Positions 52,326 to 63,621 are shown, counted from the first letter of the stretch. The stretch is DNA of 64,000 nt from an uncultured candidatus Porisulfidus sp. (GCA_965116025.1 OZ220480.1:704001-768000); one strand, 5' to 3'. The notes: generated from the letters alone by a model not told the origin. Program-made: numbers and translations.

Positions 52326-55086
52326 ATGATCAAAGAGAAAGCTTGCCGTTTCCAATACCGCTCGCGCCGCGCTTCGGCGCATTCCCGCATAGGGGGGGGG
52401 GGGGGGGGGGGGGGCATTGTCCCGCTTCCTGACCTTTCTGGCCAGCTTCACGGCCACTCTCTCCATTTCGCTGATACCGCATTCCGCCATGGCGGCGACC
52501 ACGGGGAATTGCGGCGCTCTTCCCGGCGGCTCGGGCGCCGCCGAGGTCACCTGCAGCGACCCGACCTACAACAAGACCGATGGCCCGCCGATCCGGTACA
52601 ACCTAGCCGCGCCGGGCCGGAGCGTGACATTGACCGTCCGGCCTTCCGGGGCGGGCACGGTCACCATCACGTCTAGCGGGATCACCAGCGGCGCGAGGGA
52701 CGCTCGGCCAGGGATCGTCCTGAGCGGGCCCGGCGCCCTGAAGAAAGTCGTTCTCAATGGAAGGGTTCACATTGAGAACGGCGCGACCCGGAGGCTCGTG
52801 ACGGGGCTGCCCACGACGGTCACGCGCACCGGGAAGGCCATTGATTCGAGGGATCGTGGGGCGGGGCTCAACCATGGCATTTATGTAGGCCACCTAGGAA
52901 GCGACATCGACGCTCAGAAGGACCACGCCGAGGTGATGGTGGGAGCCCAGGCGCGGATCGGAACCGAAGGCAAGCCGATGGGCGGGTTTGGCGTGCTGGC
53001 GTACTTCCAGCACGACACCGACGTCAGCGTGACGAACGCGGGTGAGATTTACGGGACGTACGCGGGGATACTGGCGCATCGCTCGGGCGGGGGCGACACC
53101 GTGATCAAGACGGCGAAGGGCAGCGTGACCTCGCAAGGGATCTGGGCATCGGCGGGGGATCTGTCGGGCGAGGTCTCGAATACGAGATTTGTTTTGATAA
53201 ACCAAGGCCCGTCCCCTGGAGGCGGTGACATCACGATCGTCCATGAGGGTAAGATCGTGGTCCAAAGCCATCCGCTACGCTATCTGACCACGACGACCCC
53301 GACGATGAGCGAACATGTGGAAAGCCGAAGCTCGTATGCGCGCGCGGGCCTAGACGTTTTTCACCAGGACAAGAGCGCTCCGGCCGCGGACGGGCAAGCC
53401 AGCAGCGAGATCTCGATCACGTCGAGCGGTGACATCGAGATCGTGACGGATCCAGGCATCCGGCCGTTGCGATCACATGGCGTTCGCGTCATAACGAAAG
53501 GGGACGACGACTCCGTGGTTCCGGTCACGGTAGGCGTGACGGGGGGAACCATCATGGGGGTCGGAGAGGAAGGTCACGCGATCAGAATTCACCATGAGCA
53601 TAGCGGGGGTCTCATCAAAGTGGATCTCGCGGGCGGGACGATCACGGCGGACGGGCATGGCGTCTACGTGGAGACGGCCACCACCTACGAGGACGCGACG
53701 AAAGCCGGGAAGATTGAGGTCACGGTGGGGGAGATGGCGACGATCCGTGCCAAGAAGGATGGCGTTCACGTCAAGGGGATGCGGACCTTCGCGTCCGACC
53801 ACGCCCGGAAGGGACAATACGACCAGACGGTCACCATCAACGGCAAGGTGATGGGCGGCGGTGGAGACCACGCCGGCGTTCGGATGGTGATGGGCGGGAC
53901 ACTAGTGATCGGGCCGAAGGCGAAGGTGGAGGCGGCGTCCGGAACCGCGATGAGGGCGGACGGGGAGCTGACCATCACCATGAGCAAGGACGCGGTCGGA
54001 CGCGTCGGCTATGTCAAGGGGAAGATGCTCAACAGCGGAACGACGACTTTCGATGGGGTGAAGGTGGGTGGGGAGTACACGCTCAGTCCGGGCGTCGAGG
54101 AGCGCGGCGCGTACGATATCTCCAAGGTCACCCTGAAGACGATCGAGGGCGGTCACCAGTTCATGGACTCGGGTCGGGCGTATCACGACCGGGCTCGGGT
54201 GTACGAGGCGCTGCCGTCGGTGTTGCTGGAGATGAGCGCGCCGGGCGGTCGTCAGGCGCGGCTATCGGCGACGCGGGACGGCGGGGGCGTTTGGGCGCGG
54301 GTCATGGCGAGCGACGGTGAGCGTGAGGCGGAGACGTCCACGACTTCCATGGACGCGGCCAGGCATGATCTGTCATGGGACTTCGAGCGCTGGGGCGTGG
54401 CGACGGGCATCGCCGTTCCCACGGACCTGCCGGGCGTGACGCTGGGCGTGAGCGCGCACTACCGTGACGGCGAGGCGGACGTCAAGCGTGGCGGGAAGAT
54501 CGAGGCCTCGGGCGTGGGCATCGGGGCTTCGGCGACCTGGCGGGGCGAGGACGGCTGGTACGCGGACGGGGAGCTCTCGTACACGCGTTTCGAGGATGTC
54601 GACTTGAGTTCGGAGACGCGCGGGATGGTGGCGTCCGGTCTGGACGGAGAGGGTCACGCGATCAGCGTGGAGGTCGGCAGGCGGCTGGAGATGGACGGCT
54701 TCGCGCTGGTTCCGCGCGGGGGATTGACGTGGACTTGGGTGGACGTCGACGGCTTCGCCGACGTGTCGGGCGTTACTGGAAGCGGAAGAGTGTCGTTCCG
54801 CTCGGAGGACAGCGTGAGGGCGCGGGTCGGGGCGCTGCTGGAGAATGGCCAGACGTACGCGTCTCTGGACGTGGAGCATGAGTTCTCGGAGAGCCGGGAG
54901 GCGATGGCGTCGGGAGCGCGGTTGCGCTCGGAGGTGGAGTCCACGTGGGCGCGCGTGGGCGTTGGGGGCGTGATGACGCTGGACGCGCGAGGGGAATCGA
55001 CGCTCTCGGCGGACGCTCACTACGCGGCGTCAGGCGGCGATAATCATGATTATGGCGTGAGCGTCCTGCTGAAGGTTCGCTTCTGA
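52326..55086 (+). CDS. Autotransporter 2 (paralogue), out of frame at a G23 tract in its leader
   Basis: ATG 52326 (MIKEKACRFQYRSRRASAHSRI) then G23; signal region LSRFLTFLASFTATLSISLIPHSAMA in another frame (ORF 52417-55086); beta-domain nearly identical to autotransporter 1, ending VLLKVRF. Confidence 0.85.
52392..52414 (+). repeat. Poly-G tract (G23)
   Basis: TCCCGCATA-G23-CAT, same context as 34458-34480. Confidence 0.9.
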
Positions 55087-55141
55087 TCGACTTCTGATCA
55101 CCGCCCGGCGCTCAAGTCGGGGTTGTGTCTTGTATCGGGAT

Positions 55142-55769
55142 GGCCGCGCGTCCGGATCAGGAACTTCGCCAGCCGCCACCGCGCCTCGTGGATCAACCCC
55201 AGGGTTTCGGACGGGCGCTGGTCCGCGCTCTCTGGATCGGCATCCATGTCGTGGAAGCAGAGCAGCCAGTCATGCAGCGAGCTCGCCGACGGGAAGACGC
55301 GCCCGCGCCCGCCTCGGAAGCGCGCCGCCAGCTCCTCTTCCTTGACCCCCAGCAGGCCCGGCTCATGCAGGCGAACCAGCTCGCGCAGACCCTCGTTGTC
55401 CTCCAGCTCGTCCACGTCCGAGACGCATTCGTGATCCAGCCCGTTGAGTGGCAGCAGGGTCAGCGGCATCTGCCCACTGGTCCAGCCTTGCGAAGGCTCT
55501 GGCAGGGATCGTAGAAGATTGCGCGGGATCCGCGCTTGGCCCAGCAGGTCCAGCAGCACGAGGACGCGACTGTCGGGGTTGACGCGGCTCATCTTGTCGT
55601 CGCCGGTGACGACGACCGGAGAGGTGAATTCCGACATATAATGAGGCTCCTGGTTGGTTGTCGTTCGTTCACCCATTGGGTGAAAGGATTTACACCTCCA
55701 CTCTACAGGAATTCCTCGGTGGAATCGGCATCAGCCGGGACCTCCACTCCTTTAGCTCGGATATCGTGG
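55142..55769 (-). mobile_element. Truncated IS1380-family copy (5' part of transposase plus one end)
   Basis: Collinear with ~24883-25512 of the full IS; end TAGCTCGGATATCGTGG; ORF 55098-55676 is the transposase N-terminus. Confidence 0.88.
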
Positions 55770-56019
55770 CTGTTCTCGCCACTCTTCACCGGGTTACAAT
55801 GCCGTCACACTTGAAAGTTGAAACTGAGGCCCTTTGATGGTCGGTCATCAGTCCTCGACGGCCCACGCTTATGCGCCTCGTCTTCGCCTTATGAGGATTA
55901 CTGGTTCTAGGCGTTCCCCCTGCGCCTCGCGCTCGAACCGAGACCACGGCCGTCAATGCGACCGCGAGACGTGTAAACCGTGAGGCCCGCCCGAATGAGC
56001 GACCAGCGAAAGAGAATGA

Positions 56020-59000
56020 TTGATGGCCGCGCCGGGTCAATTGACCCGGCGCGTCACCTTGCTAGGTCTGTACGCTGTGTCCATTAGCAGAAGCGCCATC
56101 GAAGAGTTTTCGGGGTTGCCGAACGACTCTACCTCGACTTCCGGGGACGATCCAGTCGCCGTGACCGGGCGGAATTTCTCACGACCGTTCCAAGTCGGCG
56201 ATCTCGTCGGTCTTCGATCCGATCCAGATACCGTTGCGCCAATCATCGCCATCGTGGACGGCGGGCCCGAGACTCGCTATCGAGTGTTTCAAGACGGCCG
56301 TTCGGCCATTTACTACGAGAGCCAGCTGCGGCCCATCAAGCCTTCTGGAAAGCGTTCCCTGACCGGTGCCGACGATCTGCGCGCCCATTTGACCAGCCTG
56401 CATCTGCTCTCGCCTTCCGCCGCGAATCTGTATTCGCTGCGGTCCGGTCGCGTGCAGTTCGTGCCCTACCAATATCGTCCCGTGGTGAGGCTGATTCGGG
56501 CCGACCGACCGCGCCTGCTGATCGCCGACGAGGTGGGTGTGGGCAAGACGATCGAGGCCGGACTGATCATCAAGGAACTGCGGGCGCGGATGGATATATC
56601 CTCGGTGCTGGTGATCTGCCCCAAGGCACTGGTGGCCGAGCGCAAATGGTATTTGGAGATGAAACGTTTCGATGAGCATTTCGAGGCGCTGGATGGCCGG
56701 ACGCTTCGCCATTGCTTGCGGGAAACGGATCTGGAAGGCGAGTGGCCTGATCGCTATGCCAAGGCGATCATCCCGTTCTCTCTGTTCGATTCATCACTGC
56801 TTTTCGGCAAGAGCGGGAAGCGTTCGCGGAACGGTGACGGGATGCTGGCCCTCGACCCACCGCCCAGATTCGATCTCGTGATCGTGGACGAGGCGCACCA
56901 CATCCGCAATTCGAGCACGTATCTCCACCAAGCTGTTCGGTATTTCTGCGACAACGCGCAGGCCGCGGTCTTTCTGACCGCGACCCCGGTGCAACTCGGA
57001 AGCGAAGATCTTTTTACCTTGCTGAACGTTCTGCGACCCGATCTCATCATCGACCATCCGAGTTTCGAGCAGATGGCCGAGCCGAACGGATTCATCAACA
57101 CCGCCGTAGATCACTGCCGCGCTGGAAGGGGTGACTGGCGAGCCAGGGCCCGCGCGTGTCTGGGCGATGCCGGGCGCACCCAATGGGGTCGCGTGTTCCT
57201 GCGGGAAGCGCCAGCGTTCCGGGATATCCACGACCGCCTGACCGCTAAAAACGGTGACGATGCGGACCGCGTCCGCGTCATACGCTCGCTGGAGGAGCTG
57301 CACACCTTCAGCCCGATGATCAACCGGACGCGGCGACGTGATATCGGGGAGTTCTCGACCCGGCGGCCGGAAACGCTGACCGTGGAGTTCACGTCCGCCC
57401 AGCGCCGTCTCCATGAAGATTTGCTTGACGTGGTGAGCCGCATCTTGGCGCGCGCGCACGGCGACCAGCACGTCAAATTCATGATGTCGACGATTCGTCG
57501 CCAGGCGGCCAGCTGTCTCTATGGCTTGGCTCCGCTATTGCGCGGCGCTCTCGCCGGACGGCTCGACGACCTTGAGGCGCTGGACGAATTCGATGGCGGG
57601 TTTCCCGCCAACATGGCTTTCATGGTGGAAATCCGAGCTGATATCGAGGCCCTCCTGAAGAGAGCCGAGGATCTAGATCCTCTCGACCCCAAGGTGGAAG
57701 CTTTCGTCAAAGTGCTTCGGGACAAGAGCCAAATGAAAAACAACAAGTCTCTGGTTTTCAGCACCTTTCGCCATACGCTCGCTTATATCCAGGGGTATGT
57801 TGCTGACGCGGGATTGCGCTATGGACTGGTGCATGGCGGCGTTCCAGACGCGGAGCGCGCGGAAGTGCGTCGCCGTTTCGCGCTGGCGAAAGACGACCCG
57901 AACGCTTTGGATGCGCTACTGTCCTCGGAAGTTGGCGGCGAAGGCCTTGACTTCCAGTTTTGCGACCTGCTGGTCAACTACGACCTGCCATGGAATCCGA
58001 TGCGCGTCGAGCAGCGCATCGGGCGCCTTGATCGGTACGGCCAGCGAAGTGAAAGCGTGGCTATCGTCAATCTGGTGACGCCGGGCACGGTGGACGCGGA
58101 TATCTACGAGCGATGTCTGGAGCGCATCGGGGTGTTCCATCATGCCGTCGGCGGAAGCGAGGAAATCCTCGGTGAGATCTCGCGGGAGATCCACGATATC
58201 GCGGACAGATTCACCCTGACTCCAGAGCAACGCGCCGAGCGCCTCCGGCAAATTGGAGACAATAAGATCCGCCGAGTTCAGGAAGAGAACGAGTTGGAGG
58301 ATCGGCAAGCCGAGTTGTTCGGGTTGACGGTCTCCAACAAGTTCTGGCGCGAGGAAGTGGCCGAAGCGGAGAGTTATTGGCTGTCTCCGCCGGCGTTGCG
58401 GCGATGCGTCGTCACCTATCTGGAGAGCGTGGGCGGAGCCGACGGCAATTTCTTGTTGGGTGACAAGTCGCTCAAGACTCTGCAACTCAGTCGAGATGTT
58501 CGGGCTCGATTGCTGAGTGACTTCAGGAAACGACCTCGGCCCACTGATCCAGTCGCTCGACAATGGGAGAAATGGCTCAGAGGCTCCGAGCCAAGATTGC
58601 AGGTCACGTTCGATCAGAAAGCTGCCGCGAATGAGCCCCGGGCCGTCTATCTGAACGTCCTTCATCCTTTAATCAGGCAGGCGGCGCGTCACCAGGAACG
58701 CGCCGAGGTGCTGCATGCGAGTCTCGTCGCGTCGACCGACATCGTTCCGCCCGGCGAGTACCCGTTCGCGGTCTATCAATGGCGCAAAGTCGGTTTGCGC
58801 GCCGATGACGAGCTCGTGGCTATCGCGTCCGATCCGAAACTGGATGGTGCCGTGCTGTCATTATTGGAAACCGCGACCGACGCTCCTTCCGGGAGCCCGC
58901 CCGACGAGGCCGCGATCGAGCGGTTGGACCAGCGTCACCACAGCGAATGGAACGCGAGGCGCGCGGAACATATGGCCAAGAACCTGGAGGACGTGCGACA

Positions 59001-59235
59001 CCGCGAACAAAGCTTGGATGTCAGTCACAGGGCGCGATGCGGGTTGTTGGAAGACCAAATCGAGAACGCGACGAACGGTAAAATCCGCCGCATGAAGGAA
59101 AGCGAATTGGCCCGGGCGAGGAACGACTACGAATGTCGCGGCGCCGATCTGGCGAAGTTGAAGGAAAGCGCGGATATCCACGCGACTCTGGTCGTCGTCG
59201 GTTTTCTGCGGATAACAGGGGAGGCTATCCAATGA
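56020..59235 (+). CDS. SNF2-family (RapA/DrmD-like) helicase-ATPase
   Basis: LIADEVGVGKT, DEAHH, LTATP, GGEGLDFQ, YDLPWNPMRVEQRIGRLDRYGQ; true start probably TTG 56116 or GTG 56161. Confidence 0.9.
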   Translation: MMAAPGQLTRRVTLLGLYAVSISRSAIEEFSGLPNDSTSTSGDDPVAVTGRNFSRPFQVGDLVGLRSDPDTVAPIIAIVDGGPETRYRVFQDGRSAIYYESQLRPIKPSGKRSLTGADDLRAHLTSLHLLSPSAANLYSLRSGRVQFVPYQYRPVVRLIRADRPRLLIADEVGVGKTIEAGLIIKELRARMDISSVLVICPKALVAERKWYLEMKRFDEHFEALDGRTLRHCLRETDLEGEWPDRYAKAIIPFSLFDSSLLFGKSGKRSRNGDGMLALDPPPRFDLVIVDEAHHIRNSSTYLHQAVRYFCDNAQAAVFLTATPVQLGSEDLFTLLNVLRPDLIIDHPSFEQMAEPNGFINTAVDHCRAGRGDWRARARACLGDAGRTQWGRVFLREAPAFRDIHDRLTAKNGDDADRVRVIRSLEELHTFSPMINRTRRRDIGEFSTRRPETLTVEFTSAQRRLHEDLLDVVSRILARAHGDQHVKFMMSTIRRQAASCLYGLAPLLRGALAGRLDDLEALDEFDGGFPANMAFMVEIRADIEALLKRAEDLDPLDPKVEAFVKVLRDKSQMKNNKSLVFSTFRHTLAYIQGYVADAGLRYGLVHGGVPDAERAEVRRRFALAKDDPNALDALLSSEVGGEGLDFQFCDLLVNYDLPWNPMRVEQRIGRLDRYGQRSESVAIVNLVTPGTVDADIYERCLERIGVFHHAVGGSEEILGEISREIHDIADRFTLTPEQRAERLRQIGDNKIRRVQEENELEDRQAELFGLTVSNKFWREEVAEAESYWLSPPALRRCVVTYLESVGGADGNFLLGDKSLKTLQLSRDVRARLLSDFRKRPRPTDPVARQWEKWLRGSEPRLQVTFDQKAAANEPRAVYLNVLHPLIRQAARHQERAEVLHASLVASTDIVPPGEYPFAVYQWRKVGLRADDELVAIASDPKLDGAVLSLLETATDAPSGSPPDEAAIERLDQRHHSEWNARRAEHMAKNLEDVRHREQSLDVSHRARCGLLEDQIENATNGKIRRMKESELARARNDYECRGADLAKLKESADIHATLVVVGFLRITGEAIQ

Positions 59236-62200
59236 GTTTCATCGAGAGCATCAGAGAGAAACGGCAGAAGTACATAGACGGTGTGAAAGCAAACGAAGGC
59301 GCTATCAATATTGAAGATATTTTCAAGGATTTCTACCCGGACAAGGCGCATTTTATTTATGAACTTCTTCAGAACGCCGAGGACGCGGGCGCGACGAAAG
59401 TCCGATTTACCCTTGACGATAACAAGTTGATTTTTGAACACAATGGTAGGCCATTCGAGAAGAAAGACATCGAGTCGATCACTGGTATAGGGTTCAGCGA
59501 AAAAAGTAGTGAAGCCGACAAGATTGGCCGTTTCGGAATAGGATTCAAGGCGGTGTTTCTCTACACGGATTCGCCGCGCATATGGTCTCCAAATCATTCC
59601 TTTGAAATTTCTGACATGGTGATTCCTTCGGCTCTCTCGTCAGACCAGAGCCTCGGCGAGCGAACGCGATTCGAATTCCCGTTCAATTCTAAAAATATGC
59701 CTCGGAGGCGAGCGTTCAAGGAGATTCGGAATGGCTTGAGCGATATTTCCGACGACACACTATTGTTCTTATCGAAGATCAAGGAAATAGAGTGGAATGT
59801 GAATGGGATCAAGAAAGAAAGTTTGCGTCGAGATTCTCGTTCGAATTTTCACGTTGAAATTTCCAGGGAAAGTAAAGGCGAGAATTTCCCAAGCTCTCAT
59901 TTCCTTTGTTTCAAGGCACCAGCAGATGGGCTGAGTAGCCAGCACGTGGCTATCGCGTTCGATCTCGAACCACGTTCGGATGGCAACAGGCAGGCGGATA
60001 TGCCTTCGTCCTTCGCGACGCGGTTTCGGGTGGTTTCTGCGGACAGCGGGCTTGTCGCGGTCTATTTCATGGCTAAAAAAGAGACATCGAATCTACGTTT
60101 CCACCTTCACGCTCCGTTCGTCCCGGATCCAAGCCGTTCAAGCGTCAAGGACACGCCGGACAACGATACCTTGTTTCAGCAACTCGCGGATCTCGCGGCG
60201 CGGTCTCTCCACGAGATCCAGGCCTTAGGCTTGCTCGACCGAGAGTTTCTCTCCGTGTTGCCGAATAGCAGAGATAAGGTTCAGGGTCGGTATGACCTCA
60301 TTCGGGAGGCCATCGTCGACGTGATGAAGGAGCAACCACTGACTCCTACGCATGCTGGCCACCATGCTCCGGCTGATCAGTTACTTCAGGCGGAGGCGAA
60401 ATTAAAAGATCTTCTGGGCGGCGATGATGTCCGTTTTCTTATCGATGATGCCGATAGGTTTGATTGGGCTGTTTCGGTCAGGCAAAAAAATGGCCGTGTT
60501 GATCGTTTCCTGCATGACCTTGGAGTCGAGCAGTGGGGTGTTGAAGAATTTGTGGGAGCGCTGAAAGATTGTTGCTCCTATAACACCTACCGAAAATACC
60601 GAAAACAGGAGTTTCTCGACTGGATGCGGAAGAAGCCAGTGAAATGGCACCGCGAACTGTACGCCTTATTCCATGAAGTGCTGAAGAAGAATTACTTTGA
60701 TCGATTCAGGGGTATCTGCGTCGTCAGGTGCTCCAATAAAAAGTTCGGAACAGGATCCAAGTGCTACTTTCCCACATCAGAAATGCACGAAGGCCCTTTT
60801 CTCTTGGTTGAGGAAGATATCTATGCAGGCGGTAACAAGAAAAAAAGAGCGAGAGAACGCTAGGGAGTTTTTGGAGTGCGTTGGCGTTCGCGAGGTCGGG
60901 TTTAGCGAAAAGATCAAATTCATCCTCGAGCGGCGATATGCGAATCCTGATCTCACACCAAATTGGGAGAGCCATGTCGCTGACTTGAAGAGGTTCATTA
61001 ATTTTTGGAAAAAAGATCGTGCCACGGTCGATCTTTTCAAAGAATACACCATCTTCCAGAGCGTCAATGGTGGCTGGTCTCGGCCGAGTGATCTGTATCT
61101 CGACAGTCCTTATCTTGATACCGATCTGAGTGCTTACTATAGCCGTCTTGGCTCCGAATCAGAACTAACGTCACTGTCGGATCGGTATAAGAAATTCCCC
61201 GATTTGGAACATCTTGTCTGTTTTGCCAAGGCATGTGGTGTGGTTAGCTGTCTCGAGATTAAGGTTGACTCTTGCCGCAACAGCCCCGAGAAGAAATACT
61301 TGTTAAACGCTCCAGGAGAGAAAATAACTGACGGTGAGGTTGACCAAGACTTTTACGTCCCCAAGCTTGCCACCTTGCTCAAGAAGCCAGCTCTGGATAT
61401 TTCCCGACTGGTTTGGAAGACCCTTCGCGACCAATCGAAAGATGGGATATTGAAAGCCATCTATAGAAAAAATGCGAGCAACGACGCGAGAACGTCACCT
61501 TCGCGGCTCTTGCTCTTGCTACGTGAAGCGGCTTGGATACCTCAAGAGGATAATCACCAGAACGTTAAATTTACTCGCCCCGCTGATGCATCTAGGGATA
61601 TGCTTCCTAAAGGCTTCCCGTTCGATTCGGATTGGAATTGGCTTGACGCGGTCGGCTTTGGCAAGGAAACGAAAGAGCGAATCGAACGGGCTCGCAAGGA
61701 CATGGAAGATGCCGAAAGGCTCGGGTTTCGCGACGAATCTGCCCTCACGGATGGCCGCCGATTCGGGGAGCTGGACCCAAAAATCCGACGGGAGTTTCTG
61801 GATAAACAAAAAATGCTCGTGGAACTTCCGGTGAGAGATTCTGATGATCCGAGACGAAGAGCGGAGAGGGTCCGCAAGGAAGCTCGGGAAGCACCTGAGC
61901 GCGAGCGTCAGAAACGCATGCGTTCCGTCTTGATTCAACGTGACCGGGTCAAGAGAGAAAAGGCCGAGCCCTACCTTCGGAATCTGTACACGAACGACGA
62001 CGGCGTGACCATCTGCCAAGCGTGCCGGGAGCCTCTCCCGTTCCGGCGGCTCTCCGATGGAAAATACTACTTCGAGACCGTGGAGTTTCTCCCGGAGCTG
62101 GAGAGGCATTACCACCAGAATTATCTCGCGCTGTGTCCGAATTACGCGGCCATGTTCAAGCATGCGAACGAATCCAAGGAAGTGCTGAAGGACTTGTTTC

Positions 62201-62319
62201 TCAATATGAATGGTAACGATTTGGAGCTAACATTGGCGGGCCGGACGGTCACCCTGTATTTCACTGAGCTCCACCGCGACGATCTTGAGGCGGTGATCAA
62301 GGTCGATGAGGAGAAATGA
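59232..62319 (+). pseudogene. Sacsin-like GHKL ATPase with C-terminal HNH-like domain, split by a frameshift in an A7 tract
   Basis: ATG 59232 overlaps the helicase stop; YELLQNAEDA, HNGRPF, IGRFGIGFKAVF, TRFEFP; C-terminal CQAC...YFETVEF...NYLALCPNY; the two ORFs join if A7 at 60840-60846 becomes A6. Confidence 0.78.
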
Positions 62320-62394
62320 ATCCCCGCGGCGCGCGGCGACGTCATTTGGCCGACCCGGTATAATTCGCCGCGTTATCCCAGTATCTTTTTCCGC

Positions 62395-62778
62395 ATGTCC
62401 GCCGAGCGTGAGTACAACATAGAGGTTCAGGTAGAGACCCAGTTTCTCCCGGAACAATCCGACCCGGACGACGACCGTTTCGTGTTCGCGTATACCATCA
62501 CCATCACCAATACGGGCGACCTTCCGGCTCGTTTGGTAAGTCGGCACTGGATCATTCTTGATGGGGCCGAGAATCGACAGGAGGTGCATGGCGAGGGCGT
62601 CGTCGGGCAGCAGCCCCACTTGGCGCCGGGCGAGGCTTTCCGCTACACCTCCGGCACCGTTCTGCAGACCCCGGTCGGGTCCATGCACGGGTCCTACCAG
62701 ATGCTGGGAGACGACGGCACCCGCTTCAACGCCGAAATTCCCGCGTTCACTCTTTCCACTCCCCACTCCCTGCACTGA
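62395..62778 (+). CDS. apaG: ApaG protein
   Basis: FVFAYTITITN, SRHWII, GEGVVGQQP, YTSG, GSMHGSY; TATAAT at 62359-62364. Confidence 0.96.
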   Translation: MSAEREYNIEVQVETQFLPEQSDPDDDRFVFAYTITITNTGDLPARLVSRHWIILDGAENRQEVHGEGVVGQQPHLAPGEAFRYTSGTVLQTPVGSMHGSYQMLGDDGTRFNAEIPAFTLSTPHSLH

Positions 62779-62784
62779 CCCGGA

Positions 62785-63621
62785 ATGGCGGTCTTCGCGG
62801 TCGGTGACATCCAGGGGTGTCTGGATGAGCTTCGCTCAGTTCTGAGGCAAGCCGGATTTCGTGCCCGAACGGACACGCTCTGGTGCGTGGGCGACTTGGT
62901 CAATCGAGGTCCGCAATCCTTGGAGACCATGCGCTTCCTGCGCGACTTGGGGGATCGAGCCGTTTGCGCGCTCGGAAACCACGACATCACCTTGCTCGCG
63001 TTGGCGGCGGGGGTCCAGGTGCGCGCCCGGCATCAATTGCGCGACGTGCTGGACGCTCCAGACCGAGACGAGTTAGTTAGTTGGCTACGGTCGCGCCCGG
63101 CGATGCATCACGATCCCGAGCTGGGCTACGCGATGGTGCATGCCGGAGTGTTGCCAGAGTGGTCGCTGGAGCAGGCCCTGGAGCGAGCTGGAGAGCTAGA
63201 GACGTTTCTTCGTGGTGACGGATGGGAGGAAAAAATCCACAAGTTTTACGGCCCCCGGCCGCGCCGCTGGAGAGATTCGCTCACCGGGTTCAAGCGCCTG
63301 CGAATCATCGCCAACGTTCTGACTCGCCTGCGCTATTTGGATGCCGAGGGCCGGATCAATCTGGACTGCAAGCTTTCGCCCGCCAAATGCCCGCGCGGTC
63401 TCACGCCATGGTTCCGGGCGCCTCACCGAGGGACGCGACGGACGAGGATCATCTTCGGACACTGGTCGACGCTGGGGTTCTATTCCGGCAACAACGTTTG
63501 GGGGATCGATACCGGTTGCGTCTGGGGGCGAAAGCTGACCGTCCTTCGGCTTGAGCGTAATGGTCCCGTGCCGGTCCAGATCCTGTGTCAGCGACAGGCC
63601 TTGATTCGCAAGAATTCTTGA
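62785..63621 (+). CDS. apaH: Symmetrical bis(5'-nucleosyl)-tetraphosphatase
   Basis: VGDIQGC, GDLVNRGP, LGNHD, HAG, FGHWS, IDTGCVWG. Confidence 0.96.
   Translation: MAVFAVGDIQGCLDELRSVLRQAGFRARTDTLWCVGDLVNRGPQSLETMRFLRDLGDRAVCALGNHDITLLALAAGVQVRARHQLRDVLDAPDRDELVSWLRSRPAMHHDPELGYAMVHAGVLPEWSLEQALERAGELETFLRGDGWEEKIHKFYGPRPRRWRDSLTGFKRLRIIANVLTRLRYLDAEGRINLDCKLSPAKCPRGLTPWFRAPHRGTRRTRIIFGHWSTLGFYSGNNVWGIDTGCVWGRKLTVLRLERNGPVPVQILCQRQALIRKNS

Noticed and set aside
34458-52414. G23 runs as pure sequencing artefacts
   Set aside because: Both sit at the homologous position of paralogous leaders with identical flanks, so the tracts are very likely real; only their exact length is uncertain.
51849-55769. 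Active composite transposon carrying autotransporter 2
   Set aside because: Both flanks are defective and I see no target duplication at the outer ends; historical mobilisation remains possible.
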